DNA of 64,000 bases from NCBI GenBank assembly GCA_965202585.1, contig OZ241833.1, forward strand, positions 30,938,001 through 31,002,000. Reading direction: 5' to 3'. Position numbers and translations under genes: made by a program. Every line of letters begins with the position of its first letter. The first letter of the stretch is position 1. The notes beneath the pieces were generated by a model. That model was not told where the DNA came from, ran no database searches, and worked only from the letters and a program-made list of their open reading frames with translations. The DNA is from Thalia democratica. Taxonomy: Eukaryota. Positions 49,701 to 61,290 of this stretch are shown in pieces.

Positions 49701-52700
49701 GCAAGAAATAAGTTCTATTTTTAACAAAAGTTAGTGAGAAGGTTTTACCTTATCTGTAGGAAGAAGCTTTTGGTACATTTTTCCTGTAAAAAAGAAATAA
49801 AGTTCAAGTTGATTCGATTGTTTTTTGTTGAAGTTATTTGTAACATGAAATAACATAAAGATGAAATTTATACTTACAATTTATTAAAACTTTTAAACAA
49901 AAAACTAAAAAAACAGTTAGTGACGTATCTACTTTTGACAGTTTAGTTGTGAAAATTTGAAAACTTTGAAACACAAACTCTTTCTATTGAGGTTTAAATT
50001 TTTTTTTTTTAATATTAAAATACAATAGGAAACAGTATTGTTTAATGTTCGATTAAAATTAGGTATTTTGTAAAAACCATTGTATTTTATTAGCTCTTTT
50101 ACAGTACTTACTTATACTCAAAAGTAGTGTTTAAAAAAGTTGAAAGTACTGTAAAAGTTAAAAAGTTGCAATAAAAATATTAAAAACCTTGTATTTTTTT
50201 AAACAAATCAATTTTTTTTTACAGTTCTAATATTAAAAATAAATTTATTAATGTTTTACTTGAAACTTTTATAATTGTTATCATGCTTAGTTTTTGACTA
50301 CTGCAAACTTAATATGGAATCTTTTAATTTATTTTGTATTGAAGTTTTAGTTTTAGCTTTTTTTTGTTTGGTTAGCCTACAATCTTTTTAAAATTTTGTT
50401 TAAACAAAGTTGAAGCATCACCGTATTTCACAAAAAAAAACTGGAAACAGCACTAATGTGATTAAGCTAGAACGATGTTTATATTATCATTATGCTAATT
50501 TATAAAATTTAAATTAAACAAAGCATACGAAAATTTTCAAAAAACTTTATTTTAACTTTATTTAATAAGTCATTTTTTAGTTTCAAATAAAAAAAAAACA
50601 GAATAAAAACAAAAAAAACTGTTTTTATACTAAATTAGATTTTTAAAAACAGAACAAAACTAAACTCAACTTGTTTTAGCTTTTTGTACAAACTTAAAAG
50701 TAAAAATTTTCAGCTAGCAGTTAAAAACTTTTATTCAGATAACTCCTAAACTTAAGTAACCATTTTCTATAAAAAAACTAAGATCTATTTTTAAATTGAA
50801 ATTATCATAGGCAGTTTGAATTCCAAACAACATTTGATACCCGTTTGTAAACTTTGAATGCTTTGTATAGAAATAAACCGATATTGTTAGAATACCTCGT
50901 GAAAAGTATCATCTACAAATTTTGGTTTTAAATTTATTAAAAATATAACTTTATTTCACAATATTTTTAAACTCCAGAATTTAAGTCAATTAATGTTTTT
51001 GCAGAAATGAATAATTAAACTTAAAGAAACTATATATACCTGCTTTAACTTTCTTAACATATATTTATCTGCAGTATGTAAAAAACTAGTTATGTCTTGT
51101 TAAATTAAATTTTTTAACAAAACTAAGTCAATCTTTGTTTTATGTAATTGTTTTGTTACTTTTGTATTCAAACTGTGCTTAAAAGCATCTAAATCTTTCC
51201 TTTAAAAAACTGGCTAATACTCGAAGAGATTATTATAAAGTATTTAGCTTAACATAGAATGTCAAAATTAGAATACTTATTTTAAAGTTTTTTAAAATGG
51301 TGTAGGTTTAAAGTCAAATAAACTAATTTGATAAAATTGTAGCATCATATAAAAAAATTAAGTTGTTAAACACTTTTAGATGGAATCCAGTATTATAACA
51401 TAGTTTTTTTGAACACGTTTATATATTATTTTCAAGTAAAGTTGTTAGAGTTTGAAAGACAAAATGTTATGTTAATAAAGTTTAAACTGTTTTTGCACAG
51501 TAAAGTTTCTAGCTTTATATTGAACATTTTGATTCACATCAATATAAATCTTATAAACATAGCAATATCAAAGTTTTAGAGTTGACATAAACTTGCTTTA
51601 TTTTTGTACAGACCGAATCGATCGGTAAAGTGGCGTTTTAAGCACGTAAAAAAAGTGACAGTTTTAGACATGCAAATATTATTTTGTTTCCATTTCGTAG
51701 TTAAAATTAATTTTTACTAACTGTAAACATTTCAAGTATCTAGTACGTCAATTTAAAAGACAGTTCGCTTAAATTCAAATTTTAGTTTTTGTTTTTAATT
51801 GTAATAGAATTGCGCAAATGAAAGCTGACGCTTAAATTTTATTTATATGTAGGAAGAGCTATTAACTTTCGTCTCAGGAAAAATCAATTAAGTTTCAAAA
51901 TTTTTGGACTTGAGGAAATAAGTCTTAAGATAACAAAATTTATTCAATAATATTCTTCCTTCTGCACTAAAAGTTCACTTAATAAATTAATATAAAGTTG
52001 AGAGGAAATAACTAATATGTAAAATGCGGCTTCGTAAGCATAAGCTCTCTGTGCACACTTAATTTTCTTTATAATAAAAAACTACAACTTTTTAGAGAAG
52101 GTGTCCTTGTTTTAGATTTTACAAAATCTACGTATTTGTTGTTTTAAACACGATTAACTGGCTAAAGTACATGTGAATGATTCAGTCAGCTAAATTAGAT
52201 TAACGAATCATGTGCAAAATTTAAATAGTTTAAATAAATACGTTTCTGTGAACTTCAACACCGCTAAAACATTTGTGTTGTTTTTCGTTTTCAATTGAAT
52301 AAGGCCACGTAAAAATTACTAACGCGTGGTTTTTACATGTAGTTGATCTGATCGAGTTGAGCAAAGTTGCTTTAAATAATTTTAGTAGATAAAAAGCAGT
52401 CAGATAAAATATATTTTTCTTTGTATAAAACATATCTACTCAATAACTACGTAACTCGTTTTGTAGAACGTTGAACTAAAAAGTATAGTTGAACTAAAGT
52501 ACGAAAATCAAAACTTCCCTTTAATCGTGTTTTATCAAAATTAAAAACTGCTAGTGCACTCTAGTGCACTCAGAGGTGAAAATAGTTCAACCAATCAGAA
52601 GACAACTGCATCTACTTCCTGCCAAACGCTTACGTCATAGGTGTAAGTTGAAAAAGTTGCAGTGTGTATTCAGTGGTAAAAACCTAAGGGGAGACTGTTG

Positions 52701-54363
52701 CTTCTACTCAAAAAAACACGTTTTAAACATAAAAATTAAACAAGAAAAAAAAAAGTCCAACGCATAAGTTGTTTTTGATACTAATAAAACAAAATTGTTA
52801 TAAAATGATTTTATCGTGCTGTATTGCGTACATCAGTTGGCAAGTAATGAAAAAAAGGATTTAAAAAGTATTGTGTTTTCGAAACAAATATACAAAAATG
52901 TTGTAGGATATTCACACTTAGTGGTAAAAACCTAGCAGAAGACTGTTGTTTCTACTTTGAGCAAAATGAAATTATAGCAAGTTAAGTAATCTAACACGTA
53001 CACAGTTTAGACACTTTTTGAACAAATTTTCCGTGAAGTCTTCTATCATGTGATACTCTGGTTGCATTATGTATCTGAATTAGGTAGTAATGTAAAAATT
53101 GTTGAAAAATTTGAATAATTTTCAATAAAAGAAACACAAAACCAGAGTGTGTAATGCTAACAAAAAATATTCTGAAGTGAAATTTAAAGTTTAGCAGTTA
53201 TATAGTATTTTTGTTTCAAAAAGCTTTTCTTTATAAATTATAATTTGTCCTTGTGAAAGCATTAAACTGTACCCGTGGTGTTTGATTTAATAGATAAAAG
53301 ATTGTTTCGTTTACTAGGTCCTTAGACTAAACTTTTCTAGCGCTTTTTTCTTTGTCCTTCAATGATAAACTTGTAATATCTTGTTAGAAAAAGTGTGTAA
53401 TTTAGTATCTAAAAACATTTATAGAAAATGCAAATTATATGGTACTAGCTAAACTTTAAAAAATGGTTTTAAAATCTTTTTGTTATCGACACAGCACAAA
53501 AGATATTAATCTAAAACAAATAAACTGCAAATAATAAACTTATGTATTAAAAAATTAAAATAGAAAAGAGGTTTTAGCTTTTTTTTCTAAACTAATTCAA
53601 GAATGTAACATACAAATTTAAAGCCACTTATTTATGAATTCAATGATAAAAGTTGTTTATTGTTCAACAATGTCCGAACAGGTTTCAAAAAATAACTTAT
53701 TGATATTACTTTTCAAAAAAGATGAAAATAGTTGTAAGTATCTATAAAAAATATAGTTCAGCTCACCAAGTTTTAAATGTACTATGTAAAATTTTCAATC
53801 AATTTTTTTGTATACTTAGAACAAGATTATAAAGCTGCTTAATCAATCATACCTGGCAGTTTATTACTTGCTATTTATGAAAAACACCATTTTAAGATCA
53901 AATCAAACAATTAAAAGATTTAAAGCCACTTGACATTTTAATTTATAGCATCTTTGTTGACTTTTGGGTTGAAATGTAATTGTTGTACGTTTGAAGTTTA
54001 AGAAGTAGAAAAATCTACTACTTAAAGAAATCTGATATTAAGTAATCTTATAGGTGATGTTAATGTTTAATTTACTTGTCATTTTGAAGAGGCGGTTGCA
54101 TTTTTCAAGTCTAACATTTACTCTGCTAGATGTAGTGAATTACTTGAAGTAACTTTAAGTTTCAAAAAAATTAGTTATTTTAAACAAAGTTTGAGGATAT
54201 ATAAAATTCAATAATAACATAAATCTTATATAGTTTAAGTTTCAAATTCAAAATTCTCAAACATATAAATACTCTAGAAGTTAAAAATTCAAGCAAGAAG
54301 AAAACTTAAAAATTGCTTAACATCTTAAGTAAAGTATGAAAGTATATATATATATATATATAT

Positions 54364-54990
54364 ACTTATTTAATTATATAAAAACTATAATTTAAACAGC
54401 TGTTTCACACATTGAAATGTAAAATTTCATGTGATCGTCAGTAAGTTACAGTTTATTATAATAGTGAACAGAAATTTCGATTTTAGAATTTTTATAATAA
54501 TTATGACGTAGTAATGGTACAGTTTATTGTACGATTAGCTGAATTTGAAATACGCTGTGAATGTTATTCTATGCTTTTTAGGAAAGTTTAAAAAGGTTAT
54601 TTTGGTAAAATGTTTTAAGCTATTAGAAAAAAAAATTAGGCTGTTGGGAAAAATGTTATAAAATGCTATAAAATACTCGTGTTTGCCGCTTCGATTTTAT
54701 TTTGTTTTAATATTTAGTTTGTTTTAATTTTGTTAAAAAAGTATTTTTGATAATGGATGCATATGTTTTGTCTTTCGCTTTTCTTGTTTAGTGTTACGTT
54801 CTTATCTGATTTTTCGATTTCTATTTTTTCTAAGTTACAAAGTTTGCAGCCGAATTTAGTATTGAATTTTAATTTTATCCTGTTCAATATTTCCCATTTA
54901 ATTTTGTAGTCTGTATTGTTATCTTTTAAGTTCCATATGTAATTCGCTAGTTCTGTTGTGTGTCTTTTGTTAATATTGTTGAAAATCATC
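54364..54990 (-). mobile_element. 3' fragment of a diverged Penelope-like element (GIY-YIG C-terminus, 3' UTR, hammerhead), inverted and fused to the next element
   Basis: Minus ORF TTELANYIWNLKDNNTDYKIKWEIL...CKLCNLEK...CIH, stop at 54714; followed by a hammerhead and (TA)n at ~54344-54363. Confidence 0.85.
54389..54447 (-). ncRNA. Minimal type I hammerhead ribozyme
   Basis: Minus strand: AACTTA-CTGACGA-T-CACATGAAAT(TTTAC)ATTTCAATGTG-T-GAA-AC(AGCT)GT-T-TAAATT; canonical core, stem I has one mismatch, GUU triplet. Confidence 0.8.
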
Positions 54991-56785
54991 ATTCAATAAT
55001 AAAAGGTAAAATTCCCAAACTTTCTCAACAACAATGTTACATTACTTTAAAAGATCATAAACCAAACTTCCCAAATAAACTAAGTTGTAGAATAATTAAT
55101 CCGGCAAAAACTTTTATTGGCAAACCTGCAAAAACTAATTTAGATAGAATCAACAATTTTATAAGATCAAAAAGTAATTTAATACAATGGAAAAACACTT
55201 ACGAGGTATTGAACTGGTTCAATAGCTTAAGCAATAAACCAACTTCAAGGTTTATCAAATTTGATATAGTGAGCTTTTATCCTGCCATCTCAGCAACAAT
55301 TTTGGAAAACTCCTTCAATTTTGCTGCAGGCCTAACTAAAATCACGGAAAATGAAAAAGAGCTAATCAGACATTGCTGTAAATCAATACTGTTCCACGAG
55401 GGTGAACCATGGTCAAAAAAGCATAACAAGAACAGCTTTGATATACCAATGGGAAGCTTTCATGGCGCAGAAATTTGCGAACTGGTTGGCCTATACATTT
55501 TAGATAAATTGAAGAAGGAAAAGATCTTTAGAGATGGTAATTTTGGTATATACCGTGACGATGGTTTAGCAGTGGTGGACATCCTACCGGGACCAGATAT
55601 GTAGAGAAAAGTCAAACATCTAAGAAAAGTCTTTAAAAACATTGGTTTTGATGTCACCATCGAAGCTAATCTGTTTGTAACAGACTTCTTAGATGTAACA
55701 TTAGATCTTCAAAATGAAAGCCATAAGCCGTATAGAAAACCAAATGCGCATACGGTTTATGTGAATAGCAAGTCAAACCATCCAGAGCATGTGTTAAAAC
55801 ACATACCGGTTGCAGTGAACAACCGCCTCCAGAAGATTTCTAGCAGTCAAAGCATTTTTAAGGAAACAACCCAACAATACCAGGAAGCTATAAGAGAAAG
55901 TGGATACGATCACGAGTTAGCCTATAGCTACAAAAACGAGAAGGGTAACAACAAGAAAAGAAGGAGAAGAAATATTTTATATTTCAACGCTCCATTCTGC
56001 AAAAGTGTGGCAACACGGGTTGGGAAGCGCTTCCTAGAGATTGTGGACAATAACTTTACTGTAAACCATCCATATTGTAAAGTTTTTAACAGGAAGACAC
56101 TAAAAGTGTCCTACTCCTGCATGCCAAACATGAAACAACTTATAATGGCACACAATCGAAAGATCTTAGACACGCAGTACAAAGAGAGGCGAATGTGTGA
56201 CTGCAAAAAACAAGAATGCCCGGTAAATGGAAGTTGCCTGATGGAAAATGTTATATATAAAGCGACAGTCATAACTGATAACCAGACCAAGTTTTATGTA
56301 GGCTCGACTGGACTATCGTTCAAGAATCGCTACACAAAGCACAAGTACAGCTTCAAACACGAAAAACATAAAAATACGACAACTTTGTCGCAGTACATTT
56401 GGAAACTAAAAAATAACGAAGTTAATTTTAAAATTCAGTGGGAAATATTAACAAGAACGAAAAATAAATACAGTTTAAAAAACGGATGTAAATTGTGCAA
56501 TGCGGAAAAAATCGAAATTTTAAAAGTTAAGAAATCGGAATCTCTAAACAAAAGAAACGAATTACAAACTGGCTGCATACATTATAGAAAGCAATTTATC
56601 TAAAAACTCTGTTAATAATTTTGTCTAAAATCAACTATCTATTATTACGTAATACCTAATTTTGTATAATTTTATTGCTGTACTTACAAGTTTGCTTTTC
56701 ATTGAATAAAACTTGGCTGAGGACGCGTATTAAACGCAGAAACAGCTGTACCAAGCAAAAGTTTATTTTGTGTATGTTATTTATA
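54991..56785 (+). mobile_element. 5'-truncated Penelope-like element (RT + GIY-YIG) with one in-frame TAG at 55602-55604
   Basis: YITLKDHKPNF, FDIVSFYPAI, MGSFHG, IYRDDGL, CDC-x5-CP-x4-C, FYVGSTG; frame is continuous across the TAG to the stop at 56603; ends in (TA)n. Confidence 0.93.
56712..56755 (+). ncRNA. Minimal type I hammerhead ribozyme in the element's 3' region
   Basis: CTTGG-CTGAGGA-C-GCGT(ATTAA)ACGC-A-GAA-AC(AGCT)GT-A-CCAAG; perfect 5-bp stem I, GUA triplet. Confidence 0.88.
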
Positions 56786-57416
56786 TATATATATACATAT
56801 ACAAAATAATTATAAATTACACTATGTACTTAGTTTACGGTTGTAAATAAATATATACTTGCACAAATACAAAAAAAAAGAGAGTTAATAATTTGTAAAT
56901 AAAAATTTCAAGCAAGTAAAACATTTATTTTATAAGACAACAAGATAAACATAGGACGATAAATAATGCTTAAAATGTTTGTAATAGAAATTTAAGAATA
57001 TATTGTTCATGTTTTTACTTATGTAAATCTTTTTACTCGATATCTATTTTTTTTACATACAATATTTTCTTAATGGAATCTAAAAAAACACTCTAGAAAA
57101 GCTGCAGTTAAAAGTGGAACATTTTAAACCTTATACTGACAAAGACTATGAAGTGCATATTTGAAACTTTTGCAAAAACATAATATAAAAAATTAACAAT
57201 TTGTTTCATGTTTAAGAACATCTTAATTTTTTTTTTTGTGACGAAATAATAAAATATAAAAATACAGTATTCTACATAAAACTTCAGATGAAAACTATTT
57301 ACATTCAACTGGAACAAAAGTACTTTAGCTCGGAACGTAAAATTGCACGACAACAGATAATACAAAGCAGAAAAACACGCACCAATTAAAACTGTTTATA
57401 GTAAATTATAAACCAA

Positions 57417-58197
57417 TCAGCATCTAGTGTTGTCAGCCTGGCATATGAAAGGGTTCAACTTGTTGCAATGCTCGTCGTTCCATATGAACTCGTCACGGGT
57501 TTTCCCCTCTTCGAAGCAATCCTCCGTTTTGTACTGCTTGTCTGGCTTGCCAATTACGAACCTTTGTTTTTGGAGATATTTTATTTAAGATGTTATTTTA
57601 GTAGAACTTTTTATAGATAACTAATTTAGAAGAAAATAAAATTTAGTAGAAAAAAAAAAGTTTTAACTTACATAAAGGTGATGTTTGTATAAGGTAAATT
57701 TTAAAAATACTTATTTTTGTTTTGAACAAAAATTTTAAATTAACAAACCTGTTGTTTTTTAAACCATACATTTGTAACTAATGCAGTCCCAAAGTAATTT
57801 AATGTAGTTTCTTTTTTTAAATGTAATAGCTTTGTTGCTTGTTACTATCATTATCTATGATACTTAAAACTGTGATTAGGCTAAGAGATTCGACTTTAAC
57901 TTACATCTTAAAAAGACTTTTGTTTAATTGGTTTGGTTTAGTTGTTACAAATTCTCCAAAAATAGAGTTTTGATTTATGAAAGCTCACTTGAACTCCTAG
58001 CTAATTGATGTAAATTATTTTATTAAAAACAAAACAACTTGAAAAGTTTATCTTTAACCACTTAAAAGATCGACCTATGAATAGTACTTTTATAAAATTA
58101 TCTTTGTACGTATCAAACCTGTGGTAGTCTGTCCTCCACATAAAGTCAGTACCGTCCGACCACTTGTACTTGTTTTCTTCGTGCTGGTCTGTCAGTC
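57417..58197 (-). CDS. C-type lectin domain protein, last two exons (58119-58197 and 57417-57561); upstream exons not located
   Basis: Spliced GLTDQHEENKYKWSDGTDFMWRTDYHR|FVIGKPDKQYKTEDCFEEGKTRDEFIWNDEHCNKLNPFICQADNTRC*; CTLD motifs (W)IGL, WSDG, EDC, WND, FIC; donor AG|GTTTGA. Confidence 0.85.
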
Positions 58198-61100
58198 CTG
58201 AAAACAAAAGTTGACATAAATAGTTGCTCGATAATGAGCCGGTGTCCGGTTATTGTGCAAAGTTACTAACTACAAACTTGCTATTGCAATTACGTAACTA
58301 AATATTGGATAAAAATCTCCTTAAAGACATTTAAGTCGAGAACTTTAAATTGTTTAGTTTAAAACAAGTTACAATATCAAAATAGATATTATGTAAATTA
58401 GTTTTTAAGTCTGGATTGTAGGTGTAAAAGCTACAAGTAAGATGTTTTTAGTTTTGTACAAAGTAAATTAAAATTAAGTCGTAAAGAATAGTATGAATTA
58501 AGTAAATTATAAAGGGTTTAAACAAATTTCTCACCCCAATTGGTACATTAAAGTTATTTTTTAATAAGTTTTAAAAAACGGTTTAAACAAATTAGAAATT
58601 CAGAGTGTAGTTAATTTTATTAAAGGCTTACAATGACCATAACCTAAATAAAACATGTGTCAAAACCAAAGTTGTACAATAGTATGTAGTTATTAAAATT
58701 GAGTAACAAAGCATTGATGGAATTTAAGGGGAAGCCGCGAAGATCTAAAAAGTTCTAAACTTTAAATTTGTAATTATTTTTGTCTCTGCGTGTGATCAAA
58801 TAAATGACTTAGTCGTGGCAAACATATATAATATTTTTAAGCGCTTTATTGCTTTAGGTAAAAAAAAGAACACAATCAAAGGGCTTTTAAGTGTTTGCAG
58901 TATGAAACTAGCAAAAAAAATTTAAACTTGCTTTTTTTTTAAATTTTTTACTTATAAAAGTATTTTTAACTTTGTAAAAACAATGCATACATAATGTTAG
59001 AAATAAGTAAAAAGATAATATATATATATAAAATAAAAAATTACCAAAATTTGTAAACAACAGTTACAATGGACGTAAAAAACGTTTTATGTTATGGGTT
59101 GTTTTTTAAGTAACTGTTTAACATTGAACGATAAATATCGCTGTATCATTTATTAAACCTCTATAAGATTTAAACTGCTCAAGTAAACTAATTTATACAA
59201 CTTTTGTTCAAAACTCAAAATAATTTAATGGCTACTTCGTTCATTTAAAGTTTGCGTTGTTTAATACAAACAGATATTGCATAGATAACTTAACGAAACT
59301 AATAAAAATTGAACTTTTTTACATATGAGTAAGTTTATTTTTTGTGGTATTCAGTTTAATATAATTTGCTTTAGCCAAACCTAAATAACATTTTTACAGA
59401 TCTGTTAAAATATGTGTTTTAAATCAATTCGATTTGGGTACGTTTATGACGAAATAAAGTCGATGTGACGTAATAAAACGAGGTTTATACGTGTTCTACA
59501 TTATTATTAGCACTAAAAAATGTATGATATAATATCTTTTGATCAAAACACTTCAAAAAGTTATTTTAATTTAGCTTATGTACACGTTTGAAAATATTAT
59601 TGCCTATAATGATTTCGAATTAAAATGAAACTGTTGATGTCTTCAATTTAATAAAAATTCCACCTTTATAGTACCGTTTAACTTAAATAAATTGCACTTA
59701 ATTGAGTCAATTTCGTTGTAAAATTTATTTTTGTTTGAAAACAAAATAAAGCATTAATAGTGTGACAAAATTTGTACAGGCTTATTTTTTTCTACAGTTT
59801 AGAAAGTTAGTACGTATTTATAATTGACTTTTAAAAACAAAATTCAACGTAAAATTTATACTCACTAATAAAACTTTATTTTATATTACTTAAAAAAAAA
59901 TAACATACAACTGAAACTGTTGTATTTTTTTCAATTGAATAAAAATTCCGCCTTTCATTTAAGCTTTCACGTACACTTTGGCTACATTAAATTAGACTTA
60001 ATTAAGTCCAATTACAGTTGTAAGAAAAAATTGAATGTAAATTATAAGCAGAATTTGTCACAGTACATTCTTTGAAACATTATAAAAGAAAAATATCGAT
60101 TGCTGTATTAATTTTTAATAAAAGTAACAATGTGATCTAGATACGTACTTTGTAGTTAAATCAAATTGCATTGATTGAGAAAATTACTTTAAAATTACAA
60201 AGAAAAACAAAATTTAATGAAATTCTCGCTTTGGAAAGGTTTCACATACGTAAAAGTCTTTGATTTAATTATATTATACCCACAGAAAAACTGTCGTCAC
60301 GTAAAAGGCGGTGAAAATTAATTGCAAAGATAAATTAATAAAAAGTTAAAAACAAAAGCGTTTTTTGACCTTTAAACACGTCTTAAATAACCAACAGAAT
60401 ATTTTTGTTTTTTTTTAGCGGTAAAAAATTAAATTCGCATTAAAATTTTAGCACGTACGCTTCGACAAATTTGCAGTAATTGAGTAATTTGTAGTCTACA
60501 AAACAGCATGTAAAAATTTTGCGTGCCAGACACAACATTTAATTAAAACAGTGTCCCCAGTACAAAAAACTTAATTAGAATTTTGTCATCACTGCACCAC
60601 CTTTAATTGAAATTTGTCGCGTCACAAACCGCTGTTGGGTGTTAGGCTTATTTAAAATAGTTTTGGTTTCAATGAGTGATTCATTTAAGCAGTTGATTTG
60701 AATTTAATTACTTTCAATATATTTAAACGTTATTTTGAAAACATTTCATGATTTTTATGTAACTACCCTTTTAAAATTCCAATGTTGAAAATGCACAAAG
60801 TTGCATTTTAAGTTCACAAAAATACTTTTAAGATCAATCATCATGTCACAGGTTGATGTTAAAATTGCATTTTTTTTCTTCTATGCAAAACTAAATAGTT
60901 TTGTATAATCATGTTAAGCCTGATATTAAGATCTTTTATTTTTTTTGATTTTTAATAAAAAATATCATTCATTTTGATTTTTATGGAAATTGCTAGAACA
61001 GCTCAAAATTTATTATGATTTTTTATAATATCGTTTTTACGTTCAAATTGTTCAAAAGATTAAATTATACGGTTTGCTATAAAAACTTAGATTAAATTGT

Positions 61101-61247
61101 TAGAATATCAATTTAACGTGTTATGAAATAAAACCTTTGAAAGCAACTAAAACAGTTGGTAGTTTAACATATTACTTAGTTCTCAAATATGAAATAATTT
61201 AGTTTTATCTTAATTAAAAAATAATAATAATACACATTAAAAAACTA

Positions 61248-61290
61248 TTACATGTTTTAAATGTAATTTACCATGTAAAGAGTTCCATAG
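61248..61290. repeat. Short dispersed repeat, second copy at ~62830-62871
   Basis: ttacatgtt.t.aatgtaatttaccatgtaaa.a.tt.catag occurs twice. Confidence 0.6.

Noticed and set aside
43500-54300. Short AT-rich ORFs in the track (45674, 47567, 52230, 52564 and similar ones elsewhere)
   Set aside because: Low-complexity F/L/I/K-rich translations without the GC-rich codon signature of real exons here.
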